Assembly: GCA_036569365.1 (NCBI GenBank)
Contig: DATCQU010000056.1
Location: 27,506-91,505 of the forward strand
Direction: 5' to 3'
From: Desulfosporosinus sp.
GTDB taxonomy: Bacteria > Bacillota > Desulfitobacteriia > Desulfitobacteriales > Desulfitobacteriaceae
Length of the DNA: 64,000 nucleotides
The notes under the pieces were generated by a model. The model was not told where the DNA came from. It saw nothing but the letters and a program-made list of their open reading frames with translations, and searched no databases. Positions within the stretch are counted from its first letter, which is position 1; every line of letters begins with the position of its first letter. Positions 61,460-64,000 of this stretch are shown in pieces. The translations under genes and the position numbers were made by a program.

Positions 61460-61660
61460 TTATAGAAAATTCTTAAGAAAGAATGGGCATATTGAGAGGA
61501 TTATTCCCAAGATAATGGAAAAGACTATGTTTTGGACAAAATAAGGATATATCATGAGGATCAGACCAAACACGATGAAGAGAAGCTCAAGAGTTTTTTT
61601 CCCATACACAAAATAGGCCAATCCTACAGAACTTATTAGAAAACCAAAAGCTAATTCCAG
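61460..61660 (-). CDS. Small 3-TM membrane protein (66 aa) with probable CTG start
   Basis: (M)ELAFGFLISSVGLAYFVYGKK...GLILMIYPYFV...; RBS-like AAGGGGTGA 6 nt upstream of CTG. Confidence 0.7.
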   Translation of the reverse strand: MELAFGFLISSVGLAYFVYGKKTLELLFIVFGLILMIYPYFVQNIVFSIILGIILSICPFFLKNFL

Positions 61661-61885
61661 AAATCTTCACCCCTTAAGTTGATTCTTTATTATCGTCACA
61701 ATTATATCATTTATTATTTTGATATTACGAATGTACGCGAATATTCTTAAAGCAGATATGAAATTTTGAATTGTGATAAAATTACATCTACAGCTTCTAG
61801 ATATTAGATGGGAAGTCTTAATCAATCTATTGTATAATGAAGGTTACATTTGGACAGTCGAACGAAATAAAAACGGGGGGCGTTT

Positions 61886-62719
61886 ATGCTGAAAATTGGC
61901 TATCTTGGTCCGGAAGGTACTTTTACCCAACGCGCTGCGCAAATTTATACCACTAATATCGTTGCTGAATTAGTGGGCCTGCCTAGTATTCGAGAAACTC
62001 TGTTAGCTGTTCAACATGGCGAACTGGATCTGGCCGTAATTCCTTTTGAGAATTCTTTGGAGGGGTCCGTAAATGTCGTCTTGGATATATTGGCCTGGGA
62101 GGTGGATCTACAAATAGTAGATGAACTAATCCTGCCTATATCACAGACACTCATGATTAATCCTGGGGCTAGGTGGCAGGATATAACTGAGGTTTTCACC
62201 CATCCCCAATCAGCCGGTCAATGCCGTCGTTTTTTGGAAACACACCTGCCGCAGGCCAAGTTGTACCTAACAAACAGTAACTCAGAAGGGGCACAACAGG
62301 CTAAGAAAAATGGGATTACTGCGGGGGCTATAGGCCCGGAACAAGCTGCAGCAATCTTCGGGCTGGAAGTTGTCCTTCACAATATACAGGATAAAGACAA
62401 TAACTTCACAAGGTTTGTTGTTGTAGGTAAAAATACAGCTCACTCAACTGCCAACCAAAATAAGACCTCAATTGTCTTTTCAACTGAACATAAGCCTGGC
62501 AGTTTATCTTGCATCCTAGATATATTGAGTTTGTGGGATATTAACTTGAGTAAGATTGAATCCAGGCCTTCACGTGGAAAATTAGGGACTTATATTTTTT
62601 TCATCGACATTGAAGGACATATCGCGGATCCAGATGTTCGAGATGCTTTAACGATGGTAAAGAGAAAAACAACCTTTTATAAGTTTCTTGGTTCCTATCC
62701 GAGGGTGGTACTGGATTAG
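61886..62719 (+). CDS. pheA: Prephenate dehydratase (with ACT domain)
   Basis: YLGPEGTF, PFENSLEGSV, NFTRF, KIESRPS, FLGSYP. Confidence 0.95.
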   Translation: MLKIGYLGPEGTFTQRAAQIYTTNIVAELVGLPSIRETLLAVQHGELDLAVIPFENSLEGSVNVVLDILAWEVDLQIVDELILPISQTLMINPGARWQDITEVFTHPQSAGQCRRFLETHLPQAKLYLTNSNSEGAQQAKKNGITAGAIGPEQAAAIFGLEVVLHNIQDKDNNFTRFVVVGKNTAHSTANQNKTSIVFSTEHKPGSLSCILDILSLWDINLSKIESRPSRGKLGTYIFFIDIEGHIADPDVRDALTMVKRKTTFYKFLGSYPRVVLD

Positions 62720-62790
62720 AAATTATAGTCTTTATTATGAAGAAATAGAAATAGAATATCTACAAAATTTGAACAAAAGGTTGGAATATC

Positions 62791-63834
62791 ATGTATCCAA
62801 TAAATTTAAACTATAAAATGCCGGCAGAATGGGTTAAGCACACGCGCACCTTTATTTCATGGCCTGTGCAAGCGTCTATGTGTTTTCCGGAGGACTACGA
62901 CAAAGTTTGCTTAGGCTATGCTGAAATCATCGAGGCTATCGCCGAATTTGAACCCGTCACGGTTGTAGTGAATCCAGTTGATGCGGACAAATCGGAGACA
63001 CTCGCTCGCTTATTTAGGAACGAGAGGATTGAAGGTCTTGCAATCGAGCATAATGATGCGTGGCTGAGGGATAATGGACCGACGTTTCTTGTCCATGATT
63101 CAGGGGACGTAGCAGGGGTCAATTGGCAGTTTAATGCGTGGGGTGGCAAATACGCTCCTTGGGATTTGGATAATCAGGTGGCTCCTCGAATACTTGACGG
63201 TTTTGGATTGAAACGCTTTGATACCCGCTTGGTGATGGAGGGCGGTTCTCTCCATGTAGACGGAGAGGGCACGCTTCTGACTACAGAGGAATGTCTCCTG
63301 AATCCCAATCGAAATCCGGAACTGACTAAAGAACAGATCGAAGTTGAGTTAAAGAGATTCTTGAATGTACGCAAAATTGTTTGGTTGAAAAACGGTTTAG
63401 CTGGGGACGAGACAGATGGGCATGTCGATAATATCGCCTGTTTTGCGGCTCCGGGTAAAATCCTAATGCAGGTTTGTGACGATCCTGAGGATGAAAATTA
63501 CGCGATCACCCGAGAAAACTTGGATATATTAAACGGGGAAACCGATGCCATGGGAAGGAAATTCAAACTGATTCCTATCCAACAGCCTCCAAAATTATTC
63601 GAATTAGATACGCGCTTAACCCTGAGTTATCTGAACTTTTATTTTGTTAATGGGGGACTAATTTTGCCTGTTTTCGGCGGTAAAGCGGAAGAAACCGATC
63701 GATTAGCAGTGCAAGTGTTGGGCAACCTATTCCCTAAAAGACGGATTCGCACGGTTAATGGCATGGCAATCATCAGAGAGGGTGGGAATGTGCATTGTAC
63801 AACCCAGCAGATGCCCGCGGGGAAGAGGGACTAA
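62791..63834 (+). CDS. aguA: Agmatine deiminase
   Basis: MPAEW, DAWLRDNGP, FNAWGGK, ETDGHVDN, GGNVHCTTQQ. Confidence 0.95.
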   Translation: MYPINLNYKMPAEWVKHTRTFISWPVQASMCFPEDYDKVCLGYAEIIEAIAEFEPVTVVVNPVDADKSETLARLFRNERIEGLAIEHNDAWLRDNGPTFLVHDSGDVAGVNWQFNAWGGKYAPWDLDNQVAPRILDGFGLKRFDTRLVMEGGSLHVDGEGTLLTTEECLLNPNRNPELTKEQIEVELKRFLNVRKIVWLKNGLAGDETDGHVDNIACFAAPGKILMQVCDDPEDENYAITRENLDILNGETDAMGRKFKLIPIQQPPKLFELDTRLTLSYLNFYFVNGGLILPVFGGKAEETDRLAVQVLGNLFPKRRIRTVNGMAIIREGGNVHCTTQQMPAGKRD

Positions 63835-63835
63835 T

Positions 63836-64000
63836 GTGAGAAATGTTATAGTGGCAGCTACTCAGATGAGCTGTTCAGGTAGCATCGAGGAAAACATTGC
63901 CAAAGCGGATATATTAGTTAGGGAAGCCGCGGAAAAAGGCGCTCAAATTATCTTGCTACAAGAGCTGTTTGAAACCCCCTATTTTTGTCAAAAGGAAAAA
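63836..64000 (+). CDS. aguB: N-carbamoylputrescine amidase (partial; runs off the window)
   Basis: GTG start; RNVIVAATQMSC...GAQIILLQELFETPYFCQ. Confidence 0.88.
   Translation, partial: MRNVIVAATQMSCSGSIEENIAKADILVREAAEKGAQIILLQELFETPYFCQKEK

Noticed and set aside
276-63374. Many 60-160 aa ORFs antisense to or overlapping assigned genes (e.g. 7815-8171, 16516-16995, 32758-33153, 42262-42639)
   Set aside because: Shadow ORFs of well-supported genes with no RBS or family motifs.
62791-64000. Agmatine pathway as the urea source for urease
   Set aside because: AguA/AguB release ammonia and CO2, not urea; that would require agmatinase or arginase.

Overview
Chromosomal segment of a spore-forming anaerobic Firmicute. 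Gene content and intergenic repeats suggest Desulfosporosinus/Desulfitobacteriaceae (inference). Recognisable blocks: bshB2-yojF; a D,D-carboxypeptidase; two frameshifted flavodoxin-like genes; two orphan KinA-like histidine kinases, one with a 21-aa/63-bp tandem repeat instead of a sensor; a DUF2089/YvlD envelope-stress-like operon; a MarR + QueG-like + DUF3786 cluster with a 38-bp perfect palindrome; a Phd/ParE toxin-antitoxin pair; opuA with two binding proteins; rlmN; a urea island (phosphorelay, urtABCDE, ureABCEFGD, with ANTAR-like attenuators); a CWB2/SH3 amidase; gap; pheA; aguA-aguB. The best candidate for an undescribed system is 19.4-24.5 kb. There an XPB-like SF2 helicase is divergent from a translationally coupled operon of an unknown coiled-coil protein and two DUF2791 (BrxC/BrxD-like) P-loop ATPases, one with a degenerate Walker B. 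A LexA-like box lies in the shared promoter region and no BREX core genes are present. No rRNA, tRNA, CRISPR array or transposase was found. All family assignments come from motif recognition, not database searches.
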